Source of the DNA: Iphione sp. A-MEVVRFRX5
Lineage: Eukaryota
NCBI GenBank assembly: GCA_976226885.1
Contig: OZ320321.1
Coordinates: 50,468,001-50,532,000, forward strand
DNA: 64,000 bases
Direction of reading: 5' to 3'
Shown in pieces: positions 24,291 to 33,544 of the stretch. The translations under genes were made by a program, and so were the position numbers. Within the stretch, counting starts at the first letter, position 1, and each line of letters starts with the position of its first letter. Under the pieces are notes generated by a model. That model saw only the letters and a list, made by a program, of their open reading frames with translations, ran no database searches and was not told the origin of the DNA.

Positions 24291-27200
24291 CATTCATTGT
24301 ACTCATGTTCATTTCGCACGGATAGATCGTTTAAGTCCCAGTGAAGGTAAATTATATATTTTTTATCCCAAGAAATGTCTTAAGTAATTGTCTTCCATAT
24401 AAATTACAATCGAAGTAAATTAAACAAGCGCGTTTACTGAAAAACATAAAAAATTTATTTCTGATTTGAGGAAATAAACCTTTTTCTTCTTTCCCGAATG
24501 CTTTGTTGGATGAAAAGTCCCAGTTTCGCCCGGCCTAACCTATAGGAGGCAAGCAAATACATGCACTATTCATATTACCATGGAGTTAGGTCAGAAAGTA
24601 GTTTTCAACTTCACTTCACTTTTTTTTGTTTCAGACTACACCCATCTGTCAGAGGGGGAGGCGCGAGTGGAGAAGATGTAACATGTCTGTAACCTTCCAC
24701 CTTCGACGCCAGAGCCACCTGGCGAGACTCCTCGGCCGAGACCGCTAGAGTAACCCTGGAAATTCGCCCCGACGCGGCAATCGGCCCGAGCCAAAGGTAG
24801 GTCCCCAGGGAGACAGTGTATGCAAGCATGCTCTCAGGTATCCCTGCCCTCTAGCTGATGTTTGCTACCACTTGGCCACACAGCCCTATCGACGTAAGAC
24901 GAACGGAGGAGGAATGCAAAACACGACTTCAGCGGCGGAGTGCTTGCCGCCCCGTGACGCTCATTGATAGAGAGGTGTACATGAAAGCACGATCTGCCTG
25001 TCTTATCGGGTGGGCCCCGAGATTACTGCACTGTTTGTTCCTCACCGCTCCTTCAATCTCCATTCGACCCAACTTCACTGTATTGCCCTCCCTATGCGTG
25101 TATATACGTTACGCTATATCTATCCTCTGGCGCCGCCGAGAGCAGTTTGCCGTCCCGTCTTATCAAAGGGTTGGACAGTTAGTTATTTGGGGCTTTTCGA
25201 TTTGCTTTGTATATCTAATTTCAGGCGGTGGCATTACCACTAACTGCTCTTGCTCTATTCGTCGTTCCCCGTTTCTGCTCAGGTTATAAGATTGCACGCA
25301 TTAAACACATGCATGCAGTCAAATGCCATAGTATCGACATGCCTTGCTTCTCAGTCAAATTGCCCACATTTCTGGAAATACCCACATTGTGACATTCAAT
25401 TGAAATAAATAATATTGTAAATATATTCTTTGCTGAAAGGTACTAATTCTTGTAATTCAGGCAAACAGTGTGATCTTGATCTTTCTCTGTCTATATAATC
25501 AAGAATACGAATATTAAATTATCAACCCTTCCAATGAAGTGGTGTAGCTGCAGCAACTCATACTCTTAGACATCAAATCCATATACTTTTTCCAGCAAAC
25601 ACCATTAATATCTTTTTATTGTATTGATGTCTTCTCATTGTATTATTTATAACATTGTTAAACCGTTTTTACAAATCTCTTTTTTACTATATTGTCGTAT
25701 AACACTTTAAATGTAAACCGCTTTTTCCCTTGTCTTCATGTTTGCTGGAAGAACTCTTTGTGTAATTCAACCGACAAGTGAATAAACTGCGTATACCTAT
25801 GTACTGACTACAGAAGTACACTGTACATTTATTAAAAGTCAATTTATCAGGAGTCCATAAATATGTTAATCAACTCATTTCTATTGAGGCATATTGGAAT
25901 TATTTTCTATTGACATATATGTCAAAAGTGTTAGAAAGTGTTTGAAACCCAAGAGTTACTTCACGGTGTACCCTTGGTTCTTTCAAAGAGAATCCTAATT
26001 TTGGAGGTGGCAAAATAAGTATCTCTTCTGAGTTACATATATATTTATATGTACATGTCTTGGTTATCAGGACCTACATCTGATTCATCTTAACATTCTT
26101 TCACCTCAGTGTGCATGTAGTGTGTTTTTATAGCTATAACACCATGAAAAGTAGACATCATGTTCATGACCTCACAGTGTAATAAAACTAGCATGGAACC
26201 TTGGATCAGCCTGGTAGATCACCACAGTTCCCATTGAAAACATGCCTAAACACATGTGCATAACCATGGAAATTGGGAATCTTCCTAAACCAAAAACACG
26301 GACATGCTACATGAAACACACTACACAGAACATGCTCAATACGCACATGGATACGCTCCTGCTCTTATCCTATGTGCACACTGAAAACACGCCATCATGA
26401 CCGTGAAAACACACATACATTAATATTTAGCCTTACCTGGTCAAAAGTTTATATCTCACAATCATTATCGGAAGTGTTGATGCTGTAGGACATCCCATAT
26501 CCTTCAGTGACCTAAATGATGCAAGTGTCTGTTTCTTGATCACCTTTATCGACACAAGAAGCACTTTCTTGAGGACATATTTGTTTTTCCCATTATGATT
26601 TCGGTGCTTATTTGTGCCCTGCACTTAATCACGCACCTAATGAACAGTGTGAAAGTCGGTGGAGTATTGACGCTGCAGGGGCTACCGTGGTCTACAGGGA
26701 AAGAGAGGGAGAGAGACAGAGAGAATGGTACGAAGGGAAGGGAAGGGAGGGAGGGAAACTGGGGGAGTAGGGGAGCCAACATGTATTCTCCTATCTGTCA
26801 TCAACACGGGCCGATTAAGCGGCCTCGACGGCTGGTGCCCGCTCGGCCGTAAGCTTTACAATACAATGGGTTCCAGCCGACCGGAACCAGCGCAACAGTC
26901 CGTTCTGTGCATGCGTAGTCACGTGATTCCCGTCCAGAAGTCGTCTGCTGAATATGCGTACGCTAAGGTAGTAAATGAAACTGTTGAGGTTGAGAAGCTT
27001 TCGTGCCGTGTCGATGTGCGGGTTTGCGTGTGAAACGGGAGATGTTTGTGTCAACTCTAATACATGTACTCCATTTTCATTACGCCTACCCGTATAAACA
27101 GCAGTGCACAAAGGCCATCGAAAGAGGGATTCCCATTAGACCATGACCGCCCTCCTGAAATGAAGCTTTGCGACAAGAAAGCTGGGCATCATATTAAAAA

Positions 27201-28206
27201 AGTTCCCCATGTGAACACAAAGGCATTGGCACATGAAGACTGAAATGCTAATCATACTAGTGGTCGATAATTAAGTAATTCTATGAACGAAGCATACGTG
27301 TAGATAGATATTAAAAGGAAACATATGCCTACCATTATCTATACTGAGAACAGCAGTCTGACTTGGCCTATCAGATTAGACAGCACGTAAATGACTCATT
27401 GCTGGGAGGCTTTCACATTGTCCATCACTCTTACTCATCTTTGATTGCACACAGTTCCTCGCTATTCATCAAAGAGTCTGCCAGCTAGGGTAATGTACAA
27501 ATATACAGCAAGGAAATGAATGACGTCTTTATCGGTGCCTTCAATAGAAGACAAGTAGGCCTACAACTTTACAAGTTCCGAGCCTGCCAGCGAAATATCC
27601 GTACTAATCTAGAGCGTATACATGAAAACGGCGAACAGACTTAATCATTAGAACACGAAATGGATTGTAAGCCCTCTTCCTTACGTATTGCAAACATGCA
27701 TAGAATAATCCCATGAATATGCATGCCTCGGAATCTTGAAACAGTTTTTAGAGCATTTTAACCGTATTATCTGTTGAATCTTCTTTATAATAGTGCGAAA
27801 ACACGAGCAGGGTACCTCAGAATTAAAGAGATGTCTATAATATTGATGGGGCAAAATCCCAGAGGAGTTTCTTTGTACTGACCCAACCTTGTACTTAGCA
27901 CTGAATAGATTTTGGTCATTGTGTGGGAGGTTCGAAATAGGATTTACTCTTTAGTATGGGACGGAATGTGAACATAATTTACTGATACTTTGTAATACTC
28001 AGCCATCTTGGAATCAACATTATATATGATTAAACAGACGATATGTCGGTGAATGATGAATAAAGAGCATAACTTTAGTAAATGACAACTGCAACTGCCT
28101 ATTGTTTCAACAACATTCCTGCTGTGGGTGGAGGAGTCACTTTAAGCCTGAGAGGGCCAGACCTGCTGCTATGAAATGGCGATTTTCATCACAGGGAGAT
28201 CACTTG

Positions 28207-28230
28207 TATAATATATATATATATATATAT
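28207..28230. repeat. (AT)n microsatellite at the element's 3' junction; a short (AT)n continues at 32543-32550
   Basis: Seen directly. Confidence 0.9.
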
Positions 28231-28284
28231 TGAAGGAGGACTCTGAACACACACAAATTGGGGTTTCCAATCACAATTTGAGGC
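28231..28284 (-). repeat. Split direct repeat B2 (54 bp, 3' terminus of the element)
   Basis: Exact copy of B1, abutting the host (AT)n tract. Confidence 0.97.
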
Positions 28285-28290
28285 TTTATT
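28285..28290 (-). terminator. Putative polyadenylation signal AATAAA in the A2-B2 spacer
   Basis: Plus-strand TTTATT reads AATAAA on the element's sense strand, immediately 5' of B2. It is absent 5' of B1. Confidence 0.6.
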
Positions 28291-28302
28291 CAGCAAAAGA
28301 AA

Positions 28303-28450
28303 AAAGTTTTCAAGCTGAGTGTCGGTTGATACACAATATGTTCCATTCCAAGCTGCACGTCACTCTGACATGCAATGTTGGCTAGGTGACCAAGATGCAG
28401 TTGATGACGTCTCCATATCAATATCCCAATAAACTCCTTATTAGGCATAT
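28303..28450 (-). repeat. Split direct repeat A2 (148 bp)
   Basis: Copy of A1 at an offset of 4096 bp, lying between B1 and B2. Confidence 0.97.
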
Positions 28451-28504
28451 TGAAGGAGGACTCTGAACACACACAAATTGGGGTTTCCAATCACAATTTG
28501 AGGC
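28451..28504 (-). repeat. Split direct repeat B1 (54 bp)
   Basis: TGAAGGAGGACTCTGAACACACACAAATTGGGGTTTCCAATCACAATTTGAGGC, identical to 28231-28284. Confidence 0.97.
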
Positions 28505-29582
28505 CAACCCCCAAAGAGGAAGAAACAACCAAGTCATCTTTATACAGTTGTATACTATTAGGGCGAACATATCTATAAACTGCATCACTTTTCCAGTTAC
28601 CTTTGGCTTTGATAGAATAGAGTGGTATACCAAGACTCGCCATGTGTGAGGCCCCACCGCGACGTAGAGAATGAGAGGTAATCCTCCCTTTGATCCCAGC
28701 TAACTCACAAACATATTTCAAAGAAGACTGGAATCTACCATATTCAAAAAACTTAAGTTCATCATTGATGCAATGGCTCAGAATAGGAACCTTCCTGGAA
28801 ACTTTAACCATTGAAAAAACTGATTTTAACCAATGAACCAAACAAAACCTCCAATCATCACATTTAGTGACTACAACTTCATGTGGATTAACACCAAACT
28901 GGTCAGTCTTCGATTTGACCAACCTCACTACTACACCATTACCACGAAAAATTACATCCTGTCTCCTAACACCATCCGAACCGGTGAATTGTCTCTTCCT
29001 TAAGAGGCACCTGAATCCTAGGAGAATCGCACACCAGAAAAGATAGTCATAAAGTTCTTTAAACTTCAAAACTCTAAAAATAGACTTTAAATCATCAAAA
29101 GTCAAACCCTTAGAGACCATGGTAGGACCTTCATAACCTCTTTTCAAGCCTGCTATCATCCATTTAATATTGTAATCCTGAATCACTGGACAACTCAAAC
29201 CCCTTTTCTTGTGCTCATAAATCACACCACACAAATAGTTCATGACAGATGAAGGACACATAACAAAAGAAAGGTAAGCACAGTACCGCCTAAACTGAGT
29301 CTGATCACATGGGTATGCATGCAAACCAAACCTTGAACAGAAACTTAAATAAACTTCCTCCTGTCTGTCCCTTGTCTTCAAGGTATTCTTGGAAAAAGCT
29401 GAAGACTTAAGCACCACCATCCTTTCGTCCAGCCTCCTCAACTTCCCTGAAATCAACCAAAAATTCTTTACAACAAGCTTCATCTGCCCAAGAAGACCAT
29501 CTGACATCTTCAACATGTACATCTGTAGACAACCGCGACAAGCCATCTGCCACCACATTATCCTTTGTGTTGATGTATTCAC
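28491..29582 (-). CDS. Tyrosine recombinase (ORF3) of the Ngaro element; probable start at ATG 29420 (MVVLKSSAFS...)
   Basis: Catalytic set LLRK (R), KSKTDQFG (K), HSLRRGGA (HxxR) and GNWKSDAVYRY (W...Y). It overlaps the 3' end of ORF2 by 176 nt in the +1 frame, and its stop lies inside repeat B1. Confidence 0.96.
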   Translation of the reverse strand: MNTSTQRIMWWQMACRGCLQMYMLKMSDGLLGQMKLVVKNFWLISGKLRRLDERMVVLKSSAFSKNTLKTRDRQEEVYLSFCSRFGLHAYPCDQTQFRRYCAYLSFVMCPSSVMNYLCGVIYEHKKRGLSCPVIQDYNIKWMIAGLKRGYEGPTMVSKGLTFDDLKSIFRVLKFKELYDYLFWCAILLGFRCLLRKRQFTGSDGVRRQDVIFRGNGVVVRLVKSKTDQFGVNPHEVVVTKCDDWRFCLVHWLKSVFSMVKVSRKVPILSHCINDELKFFEYGRFQSSLKYVCELAGIKGRITSHSLRRGGASHMASLGIPLYSIKAKGNWKSDAVYRYVRPNSIQLYKDDLVVSSSLGVGLKL

Positions 29583-31377
29583 AGCTCAAATGGATACCAT
29601 AGACCATACAAGTCCAGAAAATTTCCCTCAGCCATGCCATACAAATTTTATTCACACTGCATCCTGATCTAAGCATGTACATGACCTGAGTGTTATCCAC
29701 CCTGAACAATACGTTACTCTGTCTCCATGATTTACACCACCTTTTCAAAGACAGAACTACTGGCCACAACTCCAAAACGTTGATATTCTTGCTTCCCAAA
29801 TCCATCACTGGCACATTCTCATAATGACCACATCCTATACTAATAGGCTCTTTATCCCAGAAACCCAAAAACCAGTCTGTACCACAAGATCCAGCATAGC
29901 CAGAAAAAGATGAGTCAGTGAAACAAACAAAGTCAGGAACTCCTGATTTAATAATTCTTCCAGAACCATTAAAAGTCCTAGCGAAGGCTAACCACCACTT
30001 GAGATCATCCATCACCAATGCACTGACTTGACATCTCTTGTTGTTCCTTGGAAGTGACTCCACAAAATCATACAGATTCCTCGAAAAAGTCCTGCCACCC
30101 CCTATAATAGTAGAGCAGTGGGCTAAATAGCCAGTTAACTTTTCTCCTTCTTTTCTACCTAACTTACCATCTTTGATAGTAACCTTCAACAGCTCAGACA
30201 TTTTATCCAACTTCCCTTCAGGCAGTCTCAAACACATATCCACAGAATCTATTTCAATGCCTAAATACACACAAATCTGACTGGGATCAGTAACTTTCTT
30301 CCAAGAGACCTCAAAGCCCAAACCAGAAATTATATCAGTCAACACAGATCTATTCTGCATGCAAGACATATAATCCTTCCCCACCACTAAGAAGTCATCT
30401 AGATAATTAATTATGCCTGGACCACAAATCGACCTGAATTCATCAAAAATGAAGTTAGACAACTGAGTGAAAATATATGGAGCACATTTCAAACCAAAAG
30501 TAAGAGTGTTACTCACAAAAAATTCTCTATTGCCATCCATGACCCAAGAAAAACCCTGGAATTTTCTACACCTCGGATCCACTGAAACTGAACGGTAGGC
30601 ATTGCTGATGTCCACTACCGCCATGTAATCTCCAGGACACAGAAAGTCTGAGACATCACTAACTGATTTATATGAGAACTCATCAAACAAACCCCCCATA
30701 AAGTTATTAATGGAAGCATTTAAGGGTCTAGAGCAATCCGTTATGGGGCGAAGAGAACCATCTGCTTTAGGTACCCCTCCCATGGCATGAACACATTGAG
30801 GAGTCTCTACCACTTTACTCACAAAGCCTAAATTCATCTCATCTAATATTTTTCTTGTCATCTCTTCACAGAAACTGCCTGTCTCAATGGATTTATAATT
30901 CCGACAAAAGTAGCTACCATCGAAATCATCATTAACTATTTTAAATCCATTACAAATGCCAGACCAAATATAACTTCTGTACTCAACTTCATTATTACCA
31001 AAAGCACATCCACTAAAAAATCTGCAAGGCAATAATTTAGAATTCACACCATCCAAAACGTGAACACAAGAGCAACAGTTGTTTAGGCATTCATCATAAA
31101 TACGTACAGCCTTCACATCGTTAAATACAATATATTTTGGCATAGACTTGACCTCAGCGGGGTCACAAAATTCATCATTCACACAAACCTCACACACATC
31201 AATAATAAACCACTTGATGTCATTCAAACCATGCAAGGTAGAAAATTCATTAAGTTTAGTATAACTTTCGCCATAGAGCTCCTTACAACTCAAACTCAAT
31301 TTTGCACACTTCTCATATAATGGAAAGCTATAAACCTGAAAACAGGATTTATCATCAACAGTTGACTCCATCTCCAC
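29407..31377 (-). CDS. pol: Reverse transcriptase-RNase H (ORF2/pol) of the Ngaro element, 656 aa
   Basis: RT motifs GVPKADGSLRPITDCS, VVDISNAY, LTFGLKCAPYIF, NYLDDF, YLGIEIDS. RNase H acidic residues in FTDSS, NINVLELWP, VDNTQV, DNVVADGLSR. No internal stops. No aspartic-protease D[ST]G motif seen. Confidence 0.97.
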   Translation of the reverse strand: MEMESTVDDKSCFQVYSFPLYEKCAKLSLSCKELYGESYTKLNEFSTLHGLNDIKWFIIDVCEVCVNDEFCDPAEVKSMPKYIVFNDVKAVRIYDECLNNCCSCVHVLDGVNSKLLPCRFFSGCAFGNNEVEYRSYIWSGICNGFKIVNDDFDGSYFCRNYKSIETGSFCEEMTRKILDEMNLGFVSKVVETPQCVHAMGGVPKADGSLRPITDCSRPLNASINNFMGGLFDEFSYKSVSDVSDFLCPGDYMAVVDISNAYRSVSVDPRCRKFQGFSWVMDGNREFFVSNTLTFGLKCAPYIFTQLSNFIFDEFRSICGPGIINYLDDFLVVGKDYMSCMQNRSVLTDIISGLGFEVSWKKVTDPSQICVYLGIEIDSVDMCLRLPEGKLDKMSELLKVTIKDGKLGRKEGEKLTGYLAHCSTIIGGGRTFSRNLYDFVESLPRNNKRCQVSALVMDDLKWWLAFARTFNGSGRIIKSGVPDFVCFTDSSFSGYAGSCGTDWFLGFWDKEPISIGCGHYENVPVMDLGSKNINVLELWPVVLSLKRWCKSWRQSNVLFRVDNTQVMYMLRSGCSVNKICMAWLREIFWTCMVYGIHLSCEYINTKDNVVADGLSRLSTDVHVEDVRWSSWADEACCKEFLVDFREVEEAGRKDGGA

Positions 31378-31383
31378 ATTTAG

Positions 31384-32340
31384 TCACTTTCTACTTGCTT
31401 TCACCTCTTTCGTTCTATCCAAATTATTCACATTGTTAGGACATTCATACGCCTTATGCTCTGAATTGCCACAAACAAGACAAGCATGTTTAAAATTGCA
31501 ATTATTATCTGCACATGTACCATTGTTGAAGCGATAACAAACTTTGTCAGTCTTCCTTGAATCACTTACACGCTTTGTTTTTGCTTTCTGGTTGCCAGGG
31601 CGATTGCTTGAAGCACCCACCATCATATCAAAAGAGAAATGACTCCTGATTAATTCATCATCTCCAAAAGTAAATGAACTAATACCTTTCTTCTCCGCTC
31701 TTTTCCTTACGTCCCTATCATACTCAATAAAGGAACCATCTTTATAAACATTCTGGACCCTTTTCTCGAGCATGAACGTCAGGTGACTAAGGTAACCGGA
31801 AATGTCACTTCCTTTTTTAAGGTGGCGCTGAGCCAACTTAATCGAGCCGAGTAAAAGTTCATCAAATGTCTTAATATCTTTCACTTTGGCCGCTGCAGAC
31901 ACATTGAAAGCTCTCTTCTTACCAGAAGATTTCTTTTTCCTCGATCTCTCCTCCTCCTCTCTCTCGGAATCGGTTGAAGTCGTTGAGGAATCATCACTCG
32001 AACTACCAGTTTCCGCTCCCATCTTAGAAACTGGCTCAGTCGTCTCCTTTGACAACGAAGCTTTACTCGCACCATTTGACGACAAAAACATGGAAAACAT
32101 ATTCTCCAGTCTACCCATTCGAGCTGAAATATCCTCGATATCACCATTTCTCGGCTGAGATTCATTCTCAAAGCCTGAAGACACATCATTTCCCTCAACA
32201 ACAGAGGAAACACCAGGAAATTCCAACGACGTAGTACCAATTTCCTCGACAAACTGACAATTTTTGCCCACCGGGGGGCTATGCCTGCGATGACACTTAG
32301 AACAATGCCGAGCCATGATATTCTTGTCAGAAAATACCAA
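31384..32340 (-). CDS. gag: Gag-like ORF1 of the Ngaro element (318 aa from TTG; first ATG at 32316, MARHCSKC...)
   Basis: N-terminal CSKCHRRHSPPVGKNC Cys/His knuckle, Ser/Glu/Lys-rich linker, C-terminal CYRFNNGTCADNNCNFKHACLVCGNSEHKAYEC (CCCH followed by CCHC-like finger). It is the first ORF after repeat A1. Confidence 0.9.
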   Translation of the reverse strand: MVFSDKNIMARHCSKCHRRHSPPVGKNCQFVEEIGTTSLEFPGVSSVVEGNDVSSGFENESQPRNGDIEDISARMGRLENMFSMFLSSNGASKASLSKETTEPVSKMGAETGSSSDDSSTTSTDSEREEEERSRKKKSSGKKRAFNVSAAAKVKDIKTFDELLLGSIKLAQRHLKKGSDISGYLSHLTFMLEKRVQNVYKDGSFIEYDRDVRKRAEKKGISSFTFGDDELIRSHFSFDMMVGASSNRPGNQKAKTKRVSDSRKTDKVCYRFNNGTCADNNCNFKHACLVCGNSEHKAYECPNNVNNLDRTKEVKASRK

Positions 32341-32398
32341 TCAAGCACCAATAAGGTAAGTGACCGTCGTTATCAACAGTACCACGTCTTAACACTTC

Positions 32399-32546
32399 AA
32401 AGTTTTCAAGCTGAGTGTCGGTTGATACACAATATGTTCCATTCCAAGCTGCACGTCACTCTGACATGCTATGTTGGCTAGGTGACCAAGATGCAGTTGA
32501 TGACGTCTCCATATCAATATCCCAATAAACTCCTTATTAGGCATAT
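32399..32546 (-). repeat. Split direct repeat A1 (148 bp, 5' terminus of the element)
   Basis: Identical to 28303-28450 except one base (32470 T vs 28374 A). Confidence 0.97.
32453..32510 (-). promoter_or_regulatory. Two CRE/ATF-like TGACGT motifs in repeat A1 (candidate element promoter)
   Basis: CACGTCACT (TGACGT on the minus strand) and ATGACGTCTC within A1, also present in A2. Motif match only. Confidence 0.35.
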
Positions 32547-33544
32547 ATATGCGTATTGCTGGGTCGCTGGTGTTTAGTGCGTTCTTCAGGTTAGTGGAGT
32601 ATTAGAATACGGTATACACATAAAAATTCATTAGTGTTATATTTAAATCCTACCGTATATATTTCATTTATCACAGTCCTAACGGAATGATTAATCAGAA
32701 AAAATATAAATGTGTGTAGCAAATCTTTTCTGACATTCCTCAGCCATGACGTGTAGCGACTCCTAATAGAAGTGATGTTTAGTAGTCCCTAAACTGACTA
32801 GTTTGCAGAGCAATGGACTACGAATCCAGCGCAATATAACACACATATTCAACCTCAACATAAAACCGATTGCTGCGATCGAATTGAAAACCAAATGTTT
32901 TTGGGGGCGGGGCACATTTAAGAAATAGCAAAATATGCAGTTCGCTGCCATTGACTGATCTGCTAATATTTGGACAGATTATTGTATCCTATTAAAACAG
33001 TTCAGGGGTCTTCTAGTTTAATGCACCGCTTGTTGAACAGAACATACTAGGGAGAGGACAAGGTTTATTGAATTATATGGGAAGGTCGCGGCCGTTGTTT
33101 TCTCAATAGTAGGAGCCTCGGAGAGGTCTGGGACATCGTGCTTGCATCGAAAGTTGTTGTACAACATGAAAGATGTTGGCGCATAGTCAAACATTGTCGG
33201 TGGCGCCGTCGCCCTCCCAGCCCGCCTACCCCCCCAACAAGCAGTGCCATACCTATCTCCCAACGCTTGTATCGGCAGCGTGTACACCCGGGCTACTCGG
33301 CTAACATTGAGGTATCCTACCTGCGCAAAATCCATTTCTGAACATGGAGCACGGCCCGCACCGTGCATATACATGTAGTAACTCATGGGAATTTACGCAT
33401 TCTTCAATGAGCGAGAAAATAAGACCGTTCGATATGGGGAATAAAACGTAGAAGTTACCAAATATATAGGTCTCTGTGTGGAAAGTGATTCCCTTTGGGG
33501 GATCAATTAGACAAATAACGAAGAAAATGGATATGCCAGTAAAG

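Larger units (their letters stand above)
28231..32546 (-). mobile_element. Full-length Ngaro-type (DIRS order) tyrosine-recombinase retrotransposon, about 4.3 kb
   Basis: On the minus strand the order is A1 (32546-32399), gag, RT/RNase H, YR, B1 (28504-28451), A2 (28450-28303), an 18-nt spacer, B2 (28284-28231). This split-direct-repeat layout, a YR in place of a DDE integrase, and no recognisable methyltransferase domain match Ngaro rather than ITR-type DIRS1. No target-site duplication beyond the ATAT core. Confidence 0.95.

Noticed and set aside
29389-29667. Plus-strand 92-aa ORF and other small ORFs antisense to the Ngaro genes (31886-32158, 32049-32234)
   Set aside because: Shadows of the coding strand with no independent motif.
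32352-32362. Perfect antisense splice donor AAG|GTAAGT in the element's 5' leader
   Set aside because: No host gene or upstream exon was identified on the plus strand to use it.
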